Shown here piece after piece: positions 36,808 through 45,878 of a DNA stretch of 64,000 nt; the first letter of the stretch is position 1, and each line of letters opens with the position of its first letter. The stretch covers positions 9,191 to 73,190 of the forward strand of contig CALRXZ020000001.1 of assembly GCA_943372255.1 (NCBI GenBank), written 5' to 3'. The notes below the pieces were generated by a model, which was not told where the DNA came from, ran no database searches, and saw only the letters and a program-made list of their open reading frames with translations. This DNA is from Chitinophaga pinensis (GTDB taxonomy: Bacteria; Bacteroidota; Bacteroidia; Chitinophagales; Chitinophagaceae). The position numbers and the translations under genes were made by a program.

Positions 36808-38163
36808 ATGAATATTTCAGTAAAGGATTTTGGACCCAATTTTCACTGGGGAGTATCAACAGCCGCGTATCAAATAGAAGGTGCTCATGATAAATATGGG
36901 AAAGGGGCTTCAATCTGGGACCAATTTGTATTGAAAAAAAAGAAGATTCTAAATAATCATTCAGGAGAAATAGCATGCGATTTTTATCATAGATATGCTA
37001 ATGATTTGACCTTGGTTAAGAGACTGAATATTCCTAATTACAGGTTTTCCATTTCATGGTCTAGAATTCTTCCAAAGGGCATTGGCCAAGTAAACCAAGC
37101 AGGGATAGACTATTATCATCGTGTTATAGATTTTTGTATTGAATTAGGCATTGAGCCTTGGGTAACCTTATATCATTGGGATTTGCCCCAATGTTTGCAA
37201 GACAAAGGTGGCTGGACCAATAGAGATATCATACAATGGTTTAGTGTTTTTGTAGAAACCTGCGTTAAACATTTTGGGTCAAAAGTGAAGCATTGGATGG
37301 TTTTAAATGAACCCATGGTTTTTACAGGTGCAGGATACTTTTTGGGGGTGCACGCGCCTGGTAAGCGGGGACTAAATAATTTTTTGGCCGCAGCTCATCA
37401 TGCGTCACTTTGTCAAAGTGAGGGAGGGAGAATTTTAAAGTCAATTCAATCCAATCTAAAAGTAGGAACTACATTTTCTTACTCCCATATAGAGCCTTTA
37501 TTAGAAAGCAGCGAGAAAGATTGTAAAGCAGCTATAAAAGTAGATGCCCTTTTGAATAGACTTTTTCTAGAACCTTTATTGGGTTTGGGTTATCCAACAA
37601 AAGAACTGAAATTACTATCTAGGATTGAAAAATTCATGAAGCAACATGATGAAAACCTTTTACCGTTTTCTATGGATTTTATAGGGCTTCAAAATTATAC
37701 CAGAGAAAAAGTATCTCATTCTTACCTAATTCCCTTCTTACAGGCTAAAATTATAAAAGCTAATAAACGAGGTGTGCCAAGTACCCTAATGAATTGGGAA
37801 GTTCATCCTCCCAGTATTTTTAATGCACTTAAACGTTATGATTCATATGCTCAAATCAAAGAGATTATTGTAACAGAAAATGGAGCTTCTTTTGAAGATC
37901 AATTAGTAAACAATCAAGTCAATGATACTCAACGAACCTTGTATTTGCAGGAACATATAGAACAAGTTAGTTTAGCCAAGCAAATGGGTGTTCGAGTTAA
38001 TGGGTATTTTGTTTGGACACTCATGGATAATTTTGAATGGGCAGAAGGATTTCATCCCCGTTTTGGTTTGGTGCATGTTGATTTTATGACACAGAAACGA
38101 ACCATTAAAATGTCTGGAAATTGGTACAAACAATTTTTGTCTAATCTTACTGGGCTAGAATAA
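36808..38163 (+). CDS. Glycoside hydrolase family 1 (beta-glucosidase type)
   Basis: The likely start is MNISVKDFGPNFHWGVSTAAYQIEGA at 36808, 2 nt after the upstream stop. The acid/base motif is LNEP and the nucleophile motif is VTENG. Confidence 0.9.
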   Translation: MNISVKDFGPNFHWGVSTAAYQIEGAHDKYGKGASIWDQFVLKKKKILNNHSGEIACDFYHRYANDLTLVKRLNIPNYRFSISWSRILPKGIGQVNQAGIDYYHRVIDFCIELGIEPWVTLYHWDLPQCLQDKGGWTNRDIIQWFSVFVETCVKHFGSKVKHWMVLNEPMVFTGAGYFLGVHAPGKRGLNNFLAAAHHASLCQSEGGRILKSIQSNLKVGTTFSYSHIEPLLESSEKDCKAAIKVDALLNRLFLEPLLGLGYPTKELKLLSRIEKFMKQHDENLLPFSMDFIGLQNYTREKVSHSYLIPFLQAKIIKANKRGVPSTLMNWEVHPPSIFNALKRYDSYAQIKEIIVTENGASFEDQLVNNQVNDTQRTLYLQEHIEQVSLAKQMGVRVNGYFVWTLMDNFEWAEGFHPRFGLVHVDFMTQKRTIKMSGNWYKQFLSNLTGLE

Positions 38164-38173
38164 TTATAATTCT

Positions 38174-40096
38174 TTAAAACTTTGGAATGGTAAAACACAT
38201 AGTAGTTCCATGCTTTTCTTTACTTTCTATATGAAATTTACCTCCATTTTTTTCTACAAATTCTTTGACCAATTGCAAGCCTAAGCCACTACCTTTTTCT
38301 CCAGCTGTTCCCGTTGTACTTTTAATTATTTCGTTCTTATTGATTTTCCCTAGTAGATCGGCTGGTAAACCTACACCATGATCTATGATCCTTAACTCAA
38401 TTTTGTTACCATGGTCAAACCCATCTATTTCAATTATAGAATTTGGGTATGAAAATTTGATGGCATTGTTTAATAAATTACGCAAAATCACGTCTAAGTG
38501 ATTTTTGTCTACAAATACTTCAAAGTCAGGACAATTGTTTTTAGTAGTTATTTTTTTCAAAGTCATTTGTTCCTCAAAAAGCGCCAAATTTTCAAGTATT
38601 CTTTGATTCATATTTAATTGTTCTGGCACTAATTGAATGCCACTCTTAGACATAGACCATGTTAGCAAATTATCCAAAGTATTGCTTAGGTTATTCGTAT
38701 TCTTGACAATTCCAGGAAGTAGGGTTTCAAAATCTTTAAATGGAATCCTTTTTTCTGAAAATGCCTTCATCAAAGCTTGAATGGTAGATATTGGCCCTCT
38801 TAAATCATGGCTGATAATAGAAAATAAAAGATCCTTATCGGCATTGGCTTTCTCTAATCTGTGATTCTGTTCATTAATGATGTTGTTTTTTTCATTCAAA
38901 CTTTTGTTAGCTTTTGAAACCTTCCTAACTAAGAATAGAATAGCAATTAATGTGAGGCCAAGGATAATACTAATTAAAATAATTTGATTAATCTGTTGTT
39001 GTTTTTCTTTGATTTTAGCATTCAACTCACCAACTTCAGCCATTTGTTTGTCAAACTGAAAACTTTGTAAAACATCTGTAAAATCTCCAATCCTATTTAA
39101 TTGGCTTAAGGAATCGCCTAATACTATTGATTGGGCAAGATATTTGTTAGAATTAATCAAGTCGGCTTCTTCAAAATAGAGCATCCCCAAAATTTTTGCT
39201 ACACTATACCGCTCATTTAAAAAGTATCTAAAATTTTTAAAATTAATTTTTGTCAATAAGTCTATATGACTTCTTGCACTATCAACATATTGAAAAGCTT
39301 TTTGTTTGTCCTTTTTTGCCTGATAAATTTCAGCAAGGGCAATTTCTGAATTGATGGCACTTCCTAATTCAAAAGATTGTTTACTTAATAAAATGTCTTT
39401 TTCAAAAAGTGGAATAGCTTCATCATACCTTTTATTAAGTACTAAACTATAAGCTAAATTGCCAAAACTAATCCCAACCCAGGCATCTTGTTTTTTTGCT
39501 TTGGCACTGTCAATGATGACTTTAAATTTATTAATAGCATCTTCCAATTTGTTTTGATTCTGATCAATCAAGGCAGATATCGTCATTATATTTAGTATCT
39601 CTTTATCATGCTCATGAGTCAATGATATAGATTTAGCGTTTTTCAGATATAGTTTGCAGTATTTTTCTGCATAGTAATATTCTTTTAAATGATAGAAATA
39701 ACTGGCGTAATAATATTGTAATTGGATTTGTAAAGCTGGTTTTAAAAAATTGGTATTATTTTCTAGCATCAACAACATAACTAAAAATGGTTGTTCTAAT
39801 TTTCTAGCTTTAACTTGCTCGGAATAATAAAACAACATATCATTTAGTAAGCTCGGTGAAAAGTCTGCAACGGATGCTTTTTCCAAGGATTCTTTAAAAA
39901 AAGCAATTAAGTTTTCATTGTCCTGATGATTGGCTATCTCATAAATTTGGTAAAGAGTAGCGGCTTTATTTTCACTACTGCTGTTGGCAATTTTATTAAT
40001 CAATGTTTGCAAACTATCATTTTGTGCAAATGCACTAAAATGCATATAACATAACAAGTATCCTATAAACAAAATTTGTTTCAGATTCTTTTGCAT
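38174..40096 (-). CDS. Orphan sensor histidine kinase with periplasmic/extracytoplasmic TPR-like region
   Basis: Signal peptide, then helical TPR-like repeats, one TM segment (LISIILGLTLIAILFLV), a coiled coil, the H-box ISHDLRGPI, the N-box LRNLLNNAIKF and the G-box GSGLGL. There is no adjacent response regulator. Confidence 0.8.
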   Translation of the reverse strand: MQKNLKQILFIGYLLCYMHFSAFAQNDSLQTLINKIANSSSENKAATLYQIYEIANHQDNENLIAFFKESLEKASVADFSPSLLNDMLFYYSEQVKARKLEQPFLVMLLMLENNTNFLKPALQIQLQYYYASYFYHLKEYYYAEKYCKLYLKNAKSISLTHEHDKEILNIMTISALIDQNQNKLEDAINKFKVIIDSAKAKKQDAWVGISFGNLAYSLVLNKRYDEAIPLFEKDILLSKQSFELGSAINSEIALAEIYQAKKDKQKAFQYVDSARSHIDLLTKINFKNFRYFLNERYSVAKILGMLYFEEADLINSNKYLAQSIVLGDSLSQLNRIGDFTDVLQSFQFDKQMAEVGELNAKIKEKQQQINQIILISIILGLTLIAILFLVRKVSKANKSLNEKNNIINEQNHRLEKANADKDLLFSIISHDLRGPISTIQALMKAFSEKRIPFKDFETLLPGIVKNTNNLSNTLDNLLTWSMSKSGIQLVPEQLNMNQRILENLALFEEQMTLKKITTKNNCPDFEVFVDKNHLDVILRNLLNNAIKFSYPNSIIEIDGFDHGNKIELRIIDHGVGLPADLLGKINKNEIIKSTTGTAGEKGSGLGLQLVKEFVEKNGGKFHIESKEKHGTTMCFTIPKF

Positions 40097-40281
40097 TGTA
40101 ATCGTATTTCTTATATGGCAATTTCAAAATCAAACAGTTAGATTAAAGGCAAATCATCTACAATCTTGATCTTGCTTTTACAATTTATTCTATAATAACC
40201 TAATCTCTAATTATTTTAATTATTTTCATATAGATTAAAATGTTTCATAGATAGTTTCTATTGGAACATTTGCAAAGTACT

Positions 40282-41877
40282 ATGAAAGAAGCAAATTTGG
40301 ACATTAGTGGCGTAAATGATCAAAGAGTCAATTGTATTAATGAAATCAAGAAAATTGACAAAATTTGGGATTTGGTGGTTATTGGGGGTGGTGCTACAGG
40401 ATTGGGGATTGCACTAGATGCTACTACCCGTGGTTATGCTGTTTTATTAGTTGAACAATCCGATTTTGCCAAGGGCACTTCTAGTAGAAGTACAAAATTG
40501 GTGCATGGGGGGGTTAGGTATTTGGCCAATGGAGAAATCAAATTGGTCAGAGAAGCTAGTATTGAAAGAGGAAGATTATATCAAAATGCCCCACATTTAG
40601 TCAAAGATCAATTATTTATAATACCAGTTTATTCTCTGTGGGAGCGGATAAAATATACCATTGGCTTAAAATGTTATGATTGGGTAGCTGGAAAAATGCG
40701 TTTGGGTTCTTCACATTTTATTTCAAAGGAAGAGACATTGGCCTTGATGCCAGGAATTAAAAAAGAAAACTTGGTAGGGGGTGTTGTTTATCATGATGGT
40801 CAATTTGATGACGCAAGACTGGCATTGAATTTAGCACAGACCATTTGGGATCATGGTGGTTATGCCATTAATTATTGTTCCGTAGTCAATTTACTTAAAA
40901 ACCAAGAACAGCAAATTTGCGGTGTTACATTAAAAGATATGGAAACGGGGATTGGTTATCCCATTCATTCAAAATCCGTAGTTAATGCTACTGGTGTATT
41001 TGCTGATGCGATACTTCAAATGGACAACCCAAATAATAGGAAAACCTTGAGTGTAAGTCAGGGTGTACATCTTGTATTGGACAAGTCTTTTTATCCTTCA
41101 AGCGAAGCGCTAATGATTCCTGAGACCAGTGATGGAAGGGTGCTTTTTGCCGTTCCTTGGCATGGAAAACTGGTAGTTGGTACTACGGATACTCCTGTTA
41201 ATGACGCTTCCTTAGAACCTATCGCTTTAGAAAAAGAAATAGCATTTATTTTAGATACTGCAGGTCTTTATTTAAACAAAAAGCCAACTAGGGCAGATGT
41301 CTTGAGTGTATTTGCTGGGCTTAGACCACTGGCATCTCCGGAACAGGGAAAACAGAAAACCAAAGAAATTTCCAGAGGCCACAGAATATTAGTATCGCCT
41401 TCAGGCTTATTTACCATTATTGGTGGAAAATGGACCACTTACCGTAAAATGGGTGAAGACATGGTCAATAGAATAGAGCAAAAGTTGCAATGGTCTTCAA
41501 GACCAACCGTAACAAAAACACTTCCCATTCATGGTTCTTCAATAACCACAGATTGGGATGACCTTTTTTATTTTTATGGTTCTGAAGCAACTAGCTTATG
41601 CAAGTTGATGAAGGAATCTCCTAATAATTGGATCAGTGAATCTTTACATATACATGAAGTGCAGATAGTCTGGGCCGTTAGACATGAAATGGCTAGAACA
41701 TTGGAAGATGTACTTTCTAGAAGAACCAGAACCTTATTATTAGATGCAAAAGAAAGTATAAGAATTGCTAGGCCTGTTGCTGAAATTATGGCAAGAGAAT
41801 TGGGTAATGATGAAAATTGGGCCAACAGTCAAGTAGAAGCGTATTTGCAATTGGCAGAGAAGTATACACTGCATTGA
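40282..41877 (+). CDS. glpD: FAD-dependent glycerol-3-phosphate dehydrogenase
   Basis: VIGGGATGLGIALDATTRGYAVLLVEQSDFAKGTSSRSTKLVHGGVRYL is the classic GlpD N-terminus. ATG at 40282, with an alternative TTG at 40261. Confidence 0.85.
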   Translation: MKEANLDISGVNDQRVNCINEIKKIDKIWDLVVIGGGATGLGIALDATTRGYAVLLVEQSDFAKGTSSRSTKLVHGGVRYLANGEIKLVREASIERGRLYQNAPHLVKDQLFIIPVYSLWERIKYTIGLKCYDWVAGKMRLGSSHFISKEETLALMPGIKKENLVGGVVYHDGQFDDARLALNLAQTIWDHGGYAINYCSVVNLLKNQEQQICGVTLKDMETGIGYPIHSKSVVNATGVFADAILQMDNPNNRKTLSVSQGVHLVLDKSFYPSSEALMIPETSDGRVLFAVPWHGKLVVGTTDTPVNDASLEPIALEKEIAFILDTAGLYLNKKPTRADVLSVFAGLRPLASPEQGKQKTKEISRGHRILVSPSGLFTIIGGKWTTYRKMGEDMVNRIEQKLQWSSRPTVTKTLPIHGSSITTDWDDLFYFYGSEATSLCKLMKESPNNWISESLHIHEVQIVWAVRHEMARTLEDVLSRRTRTLLLDAKESIRIARPVAEIMARELGNDENWANSQVEAYLQLAEKYTLH

Positions 41878-41939
41878 GATTAGAATAAAATAGACTTGAG
41901 GTAATTATATTGATTAACATGCGGCCTCAAAATCATAAC

Positions 41940-42524
41940 ATGAAACTGGAAGCGGAAATCCTCAAAAGAAGTGATAACAAATGTGAGCTCTGTGCATCAA
42001 CTGCATCTGTAAGCGTTTATGAAGTGCCGCCTCAGGATAAAACCAGTCATGATAATTGCATGGCAGTATGTGCCAATTGCTTAAGTCAAATTGATAAAAA
42101 GATTGCCCTAGACCAAGCCCATTGGAAATGTCTGAACGATGCTATGTGGAGCGAGGTTCCGGGGGTACAAGTTGTGGCTTGGCGCATGTTGAATAGGTTA
42201 AGAGAAGAGAGTTGGGCTGCTGATTTATTAGATATGATTTATTTGACAGATGAAAATCTTGCTTGGGCCAAAGCAACTGGTGACCATGAAAATGACGCTT
42301 CTGTAGATTTACATAAAGACAGTAATGGTACGCAACTGTTACAGGGAGATACCATTGTTTTGACTAAGTCTTTGGATGTAAAAGGGTCTACCTTAAATGC
42401 CAAAATGGGAACTGTTGTCAAGAATATTAGATTAGTTGAAAACAATACAGAACAAATTGAAGGTAAAATAGAGGGACAAACCATTGTGATCTTGACCAAA
42501 TATGTAAGAAAACAAGGGGTTTAG
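41940..42524 (+). CDS. phnA: PhnA domain protein
   Basis: N-terminal zinc ribbon (CELC...CANC) and the C-terminal PhnA beta-domain DSNGTQLLQGDTIVLTKSLDVKGSTLNAKMGTVVKNIRLV. Start chosen at MKLEAEILKRS. Confidence 0.75.
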   Translation: MKLEAEILKRSDNKCELCASTASVSVYEVPPQDKTSHDNCMAVCANCLSQIDKKIALDQAHWKCLNDAMWSEVPGVQVVAWRMLNRLREESWAADLLDMIYLTDENLAWAKATGDHENDASVDLHKDSNGTQLLQGDTIVLTKSLDVKGSTLNAKMGTVVKNIRLVENNTEQIEGKIEGQTIVILTKYVRKQGV

Positions 42525-42616
42525 TGTAAAAAGGCATATTGGCAAAGTTGACATAGATTTAAAGAAGAATTAGTAAATTGTAGTTCTAACAATTCTTACC
42601 ATTAAAGTCAACCCAA

Positions 42617-43948
42617 ATGAGCTCTCGCAAAAAATTTCTCCAGCAGTCCTCGCTATTAATGGGAGGAGCTGCACTAGCTTCTGCTTTTGATAACCGCGCA
42701 TTTGCCTATTTCAAAAACCGGATCATGCCTTCTGACCAGTTGAATATTGGTGCCATTGGCATTAATGGAATGGGATGGAGTAATGTGAGGGCTGCCTTAA
42801 AAGTGGCTGGTGTGAATCTAGTAGCCGTTTGCGATATAGATGAATCGGTGATTCAAAAAAGATTAAAAGAGTTATCGGATAAGGGAACCAATGTTTCCTC
42901 CATTAAAGTGTACAAAGACTATAGAAAACTATTAGAACAAAAAGATATTGATGCAGTTATCATAGGCACTCCTGATCATTGGCATGCATTACAAATGATT
43001 CATGCCTGTCAAGCAGGTAAAGATGTTTATGTAGAAAAACCAGTTGGTAATTCAATTGTAGAATGCCGCACCATGGTAGCTGCCCAACAAAAATACAATC
43101 GGGTGGTACAGGCTGGTCAATGGCAAAGAAGCCAACAACATTTTAAAGATGCTGTAGATTATGTACATAGTGGTCAACTAGGAAATATTCGCATGACCAA
43201 GGTTTGGTGCTACCAAGGCTGGATGCGACCTCAGCCTGTTGTTCCAGATTCAGCCCCTCCTGCTGGTGTAGATTACCAACAATGGTTGGGCCCAGCTAAA
43301 ACATTGCCATTTAATGCAAGTAGGTTTCATTTTCATTTTAGGTGGTTCTGGGATTATGCAGGTGGACTCATGACCGATTGGGGTGTTCATTTATTGGACT
43401 ATGCATTAATAGGCATGAAGGCCGAATTGCCCAAAACCATTGATGGAATGGGAGGAAAGTTTGCCTATCCAGAATTAGCAGAAGAAACACCTGATACCTT
43501 AACAACATTATACGAATTCAAAGACTTCAACTTGGTATGGGATTCAGCTATGGGTATTGATAATGGGTCTTATAATAGAGACCATGGAATAGCATTTATT
43601 GGTAATAATGGTACCCTTATTCTAAATAGAGGTGGATGGGAAGTAATTGAAGAAAAACAAGGCAAAAACAAAGTGAGTGTTCCATTCCAAAAATCTTCAG
43701 ATAATGGATTAGAAAAACACTGGGTGAACTTTGTAGACGTAGTCAAATCTAGGAAGATGCAAGATTTGCATTGTTCCATCCAAGACGGAGCACATGTGGC
43801 TACTGTGGCGCAAATGGGGAATATTTCATTTAGGTCTGGGAAGAAATTACAATGGGATAAGTCCAAAATGGAATTTACTGATCAGCAAGTAAATAAAGAT
43901 TATCTCATGAAGCCTTATCATAATGGGTATAGTTTGCCAAAAATATAA
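42617..43948 (+). CDS. Tat-exported Gfo/Idh/MocA-family oxidoreductase
   Basis: Tat-like signal SRKKFLQQSSLLMGGAALA. The Rossmann N-terminus is IGAIGINGMG, and VYVEKP is the family motif. Confidence 0.85.
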   Translation: MSSRKKFLQQSSLLMGGAALASAFDNRAFAYFKNRIMPSDQLNIGAIGINGMGWSNVRAALKVAGVNLVAVCDIDESVIQKRLKELSDKGTNVSSIKVYKDYRKLLEQKDIDAVIIGTPDHWHALQMIHACQAGKDVYVEKPVGNSIVECRTMVAAQQKYNRVVQAGQWQRSQQHFKDAVDYVHSGQLGNIRMTKVWCYQGWMRPQPVVPDSAPPAGVDYQQWLGPAKTLPFNASRFHFHFRWFWDYAGGLMTDWGVHLLDYALIGMKAELPKTIDGMGGKFAYPELAEETPDTLTTLYEFKDFNLVWDSAMGIDNGSYNRDHGIAFIGNNGTLILNRGGWEVIEEKQGKNKVSVPFQKSSDNGLEKHWVNFVDVVKSRKMQDLHCSIQDGAHVATVAQMGNISFRSGKKLQWDKSKMEFTDQQVNKDYLMKPYHNGYSLPKI

Positions 43949-44007
43949 TTACTCTAACAAAAAGATTGAAGGGGTTGCACAAGATTAATCTTGGTCAAAA
44001 AAACTAA

Positions 44008-44601
44008 TTATTTCCAAATTTTTAAATTGATCCTGAACCGGCGATCTCTTAATAGACTGCGCCAATCAATAAAAAGAAATGACGCCACCAAAAAAAGTCC
44101 AAACAAAAATCCTGTAATGGATTGCCATGAAACTACACCATCCAAAACTTCATTGGCATGTTCTGTAGCAAATTTGCCCATAAAAACGGCAATGGCATCG
44201 CTGATAAATTTGCCTACAATAAAGGCGGGAATAATGTAAATGGGTTTCATATTAGCCATACCACCGGCAATAAATAATGGAGTAGTGGGCAGTGGAAGTA
44301 AGGAATAACTCAAAATAGCCACTTGGCTTTTCCAACCTTTTTCTTTGAGTTTTTTTCCTAGGTATTGTACGTCTTCGTTCTTGTCAGGTTTAAAAATTCG
44401 ATGGGCAATTTTTGGAATATATAAAGTAAGTATATACCTACCCAATACAGAACCAGCAACCCCAATGATGATAACGGGCCAAACCTCTAAATTAAAATGA
44501 ATTTGTAATAAAATCATTACTACAAATGCTGGTGGAAGCGGGAGAGGCACAATATCTACTGCAGCACTGGCAAGAAAAACATATAGGTACTTCAACCACA
44601 T
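44008..44601 (-). CDS. YqaA/DedA-like (VTT/SNARE-associated domain) inner-membrane protein
   Basis: 197 aa with about 5 TM segments. The YqaA-like pattern is VDIVPLPLPPAFVVM ... GRYILTLY ... LLPLPTTPLFIAGG. Confidence 0.55.
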   Translation of the reverse strand: MWLKYLYVFLASAAVDIVPLPLPPAFVVMILLQIHFNLEVWPVIIIGVAGSVLGRYILTLYIPKIAHRIFKPDKNEDVQYLGKKLKEKGWKSQVAILSYSLLPLPTTPLFIAGGMANMKPIYIIPAFIVGKFISDAIAVFMGKFATEHANEVLDGVVSWQSITGFLFGLFLVASFLFIDWRSLLRDRRFRINLKIWK

Positions 44602-44654
44602 AAAACGTTATTAGTATAAATTTACTCAATATTTTTGGGTTGATATAAAGTTGT

Positions 44655-45695
44655 TTATTTAGTAGCATATTCTAATAATTCTAACATTAACTCAGACAGG
44701 CTAACAGAAGCAGCTGCTATACGTGAATCTGCTGCACCATAATAGATATATAGTCTGTCTTCAAATAAGGCTGTCCCAGTTGGGAAACACACATTATTTA
44801 CTTCTCCATTTTTTTCCCATTCTAATTCTGGTATAAATAAAGGATATGGGAGCCTGCAAATTTCTTTTTGTGGATTGTTCAATTCTAATAAGGCTGCACA
44901 AGCAGCGTATACATAACCGTTAATAGTGTCGTGCACACTATGATAAATAATTAACCATCCGTCTTTGGTTTCAATTGGGGGGCAGCCACCACCAACATAA
45001 CTTACTTCATGCGGGTATTTAGGCGTTAGTACTATACAACTATCAAAATTCAGTAAATAATTTTTCCAAAATGCAGGTGTTAAATCAGTAATTTCTTCAA
45101 CGCCTGCTACAATTTGTATATCTGGTTTAATTCTATGAAGGAAGAACAGTTTTCCTTCTATTCTTCTTGGAAAGAAAATCAAATTCTTATCCCAAAGTAA
45201 TCGATCCTGGAATTCATCTAGCTCAAGTACCCTATTGTGTTCATTATACCTTGGATATTTTGCATTGAGGCCAACATTACAACCAGCCAAATCCTGAAAT
45301 TCTGTATAAGTAATCTGAGGAACAACTATTCCTTTCTTTTCCCAGTGAATTAAATCCTTTGAAATGGCCAATGCACCAAGTGCATTAATACCATCATAAG
45401 CAGTATAGCTTAAGTAATAAGTATCTTCTATTTTTACAATTCTAGGATCTTCTACTCCATGAGACTCATAATCAAATTCAGGAACCACCATTGGTTCATT
45501 GTTTCTTTCCAGCAAGGTTAAGGGGCCGGTGAATTTACAATACCCAATGGTGGAATAATTTCCGGAAGCAACAGCTCTATAAAACATATGTACTGTTTCA
45601 GCTTCTTTGATAACGCCGGGATTCAAAACCCCTTCTTCTTCAAATTCCAATTGGCTTTTAGAAAGCACAATGCCTTCTTTTTTTATTGATATCAT
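44655..45695 (-). CDS. Glycoside hydrolase family 130-like glycosidase/phosphorylase (5-bladed beta-propeller)
   Basis: The pattern EEGVLNPGVI...MFYRAV...HGVEDPRIVKIEDTYYLSYTAYDG...YYGAADSRIAAA is typical of GH130/DUF377-type enzymes. Confidence 0.7.
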   Translation of the reverse strand: MISIKKEGIVLSKSQLEFEEEGVLNPGVIKEAETVHMFYRAVASGNYSTIGYCKFTGPLTLLERNNEPMVVPEFDYESHGVEDPRIVKIEDTYYLSYTAYDGINALGALAISKDLIHWEKKGIVVPQITYTEFQDLAGCNVGLNAKYPRYNEHNRVLELDEFQDRLLWDKNLIFFPRRIEGKLFFLHRIKPDIQIVAGVEEITDLTPAFWKNYLLNFDSCIVLTPKYPHEVSYVGGGCPPIETKDGWLIIYHSVHDTINGYVYAACAALLELNNPQKEICRLPYPLFIPELEWEKNGEVNNVCFPTGTALFEDRLYIYYGAADSRIAAASVSLSELMLELLEYATK

Positions 45696-45878
45696 TTGCT
45701 AAATTTGAAAAGGGAATGTTTAATATGTATTGAAAACATTAGTTAAGTATTAATGCAAAGGTGGTTAGTTTTAAGGGAGATAATTAATAGATTAATACCT
45801 TGTATTTGTAAGATTTACTGTTAAAATGCTCCTGGGTCATAGATTAAACAATAATCTTTTGTAGAAATAATCAAGCAG

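Noticed and set aside
43980-43993. The palindrome caagattaatcttg after the Gfo/Idh/MocA gene as a terminator.
   Set aside because: The 7-bp arms have no loop and there is no adjacent T-tract, so it is unlikely to form a functional intrinsic terminator.
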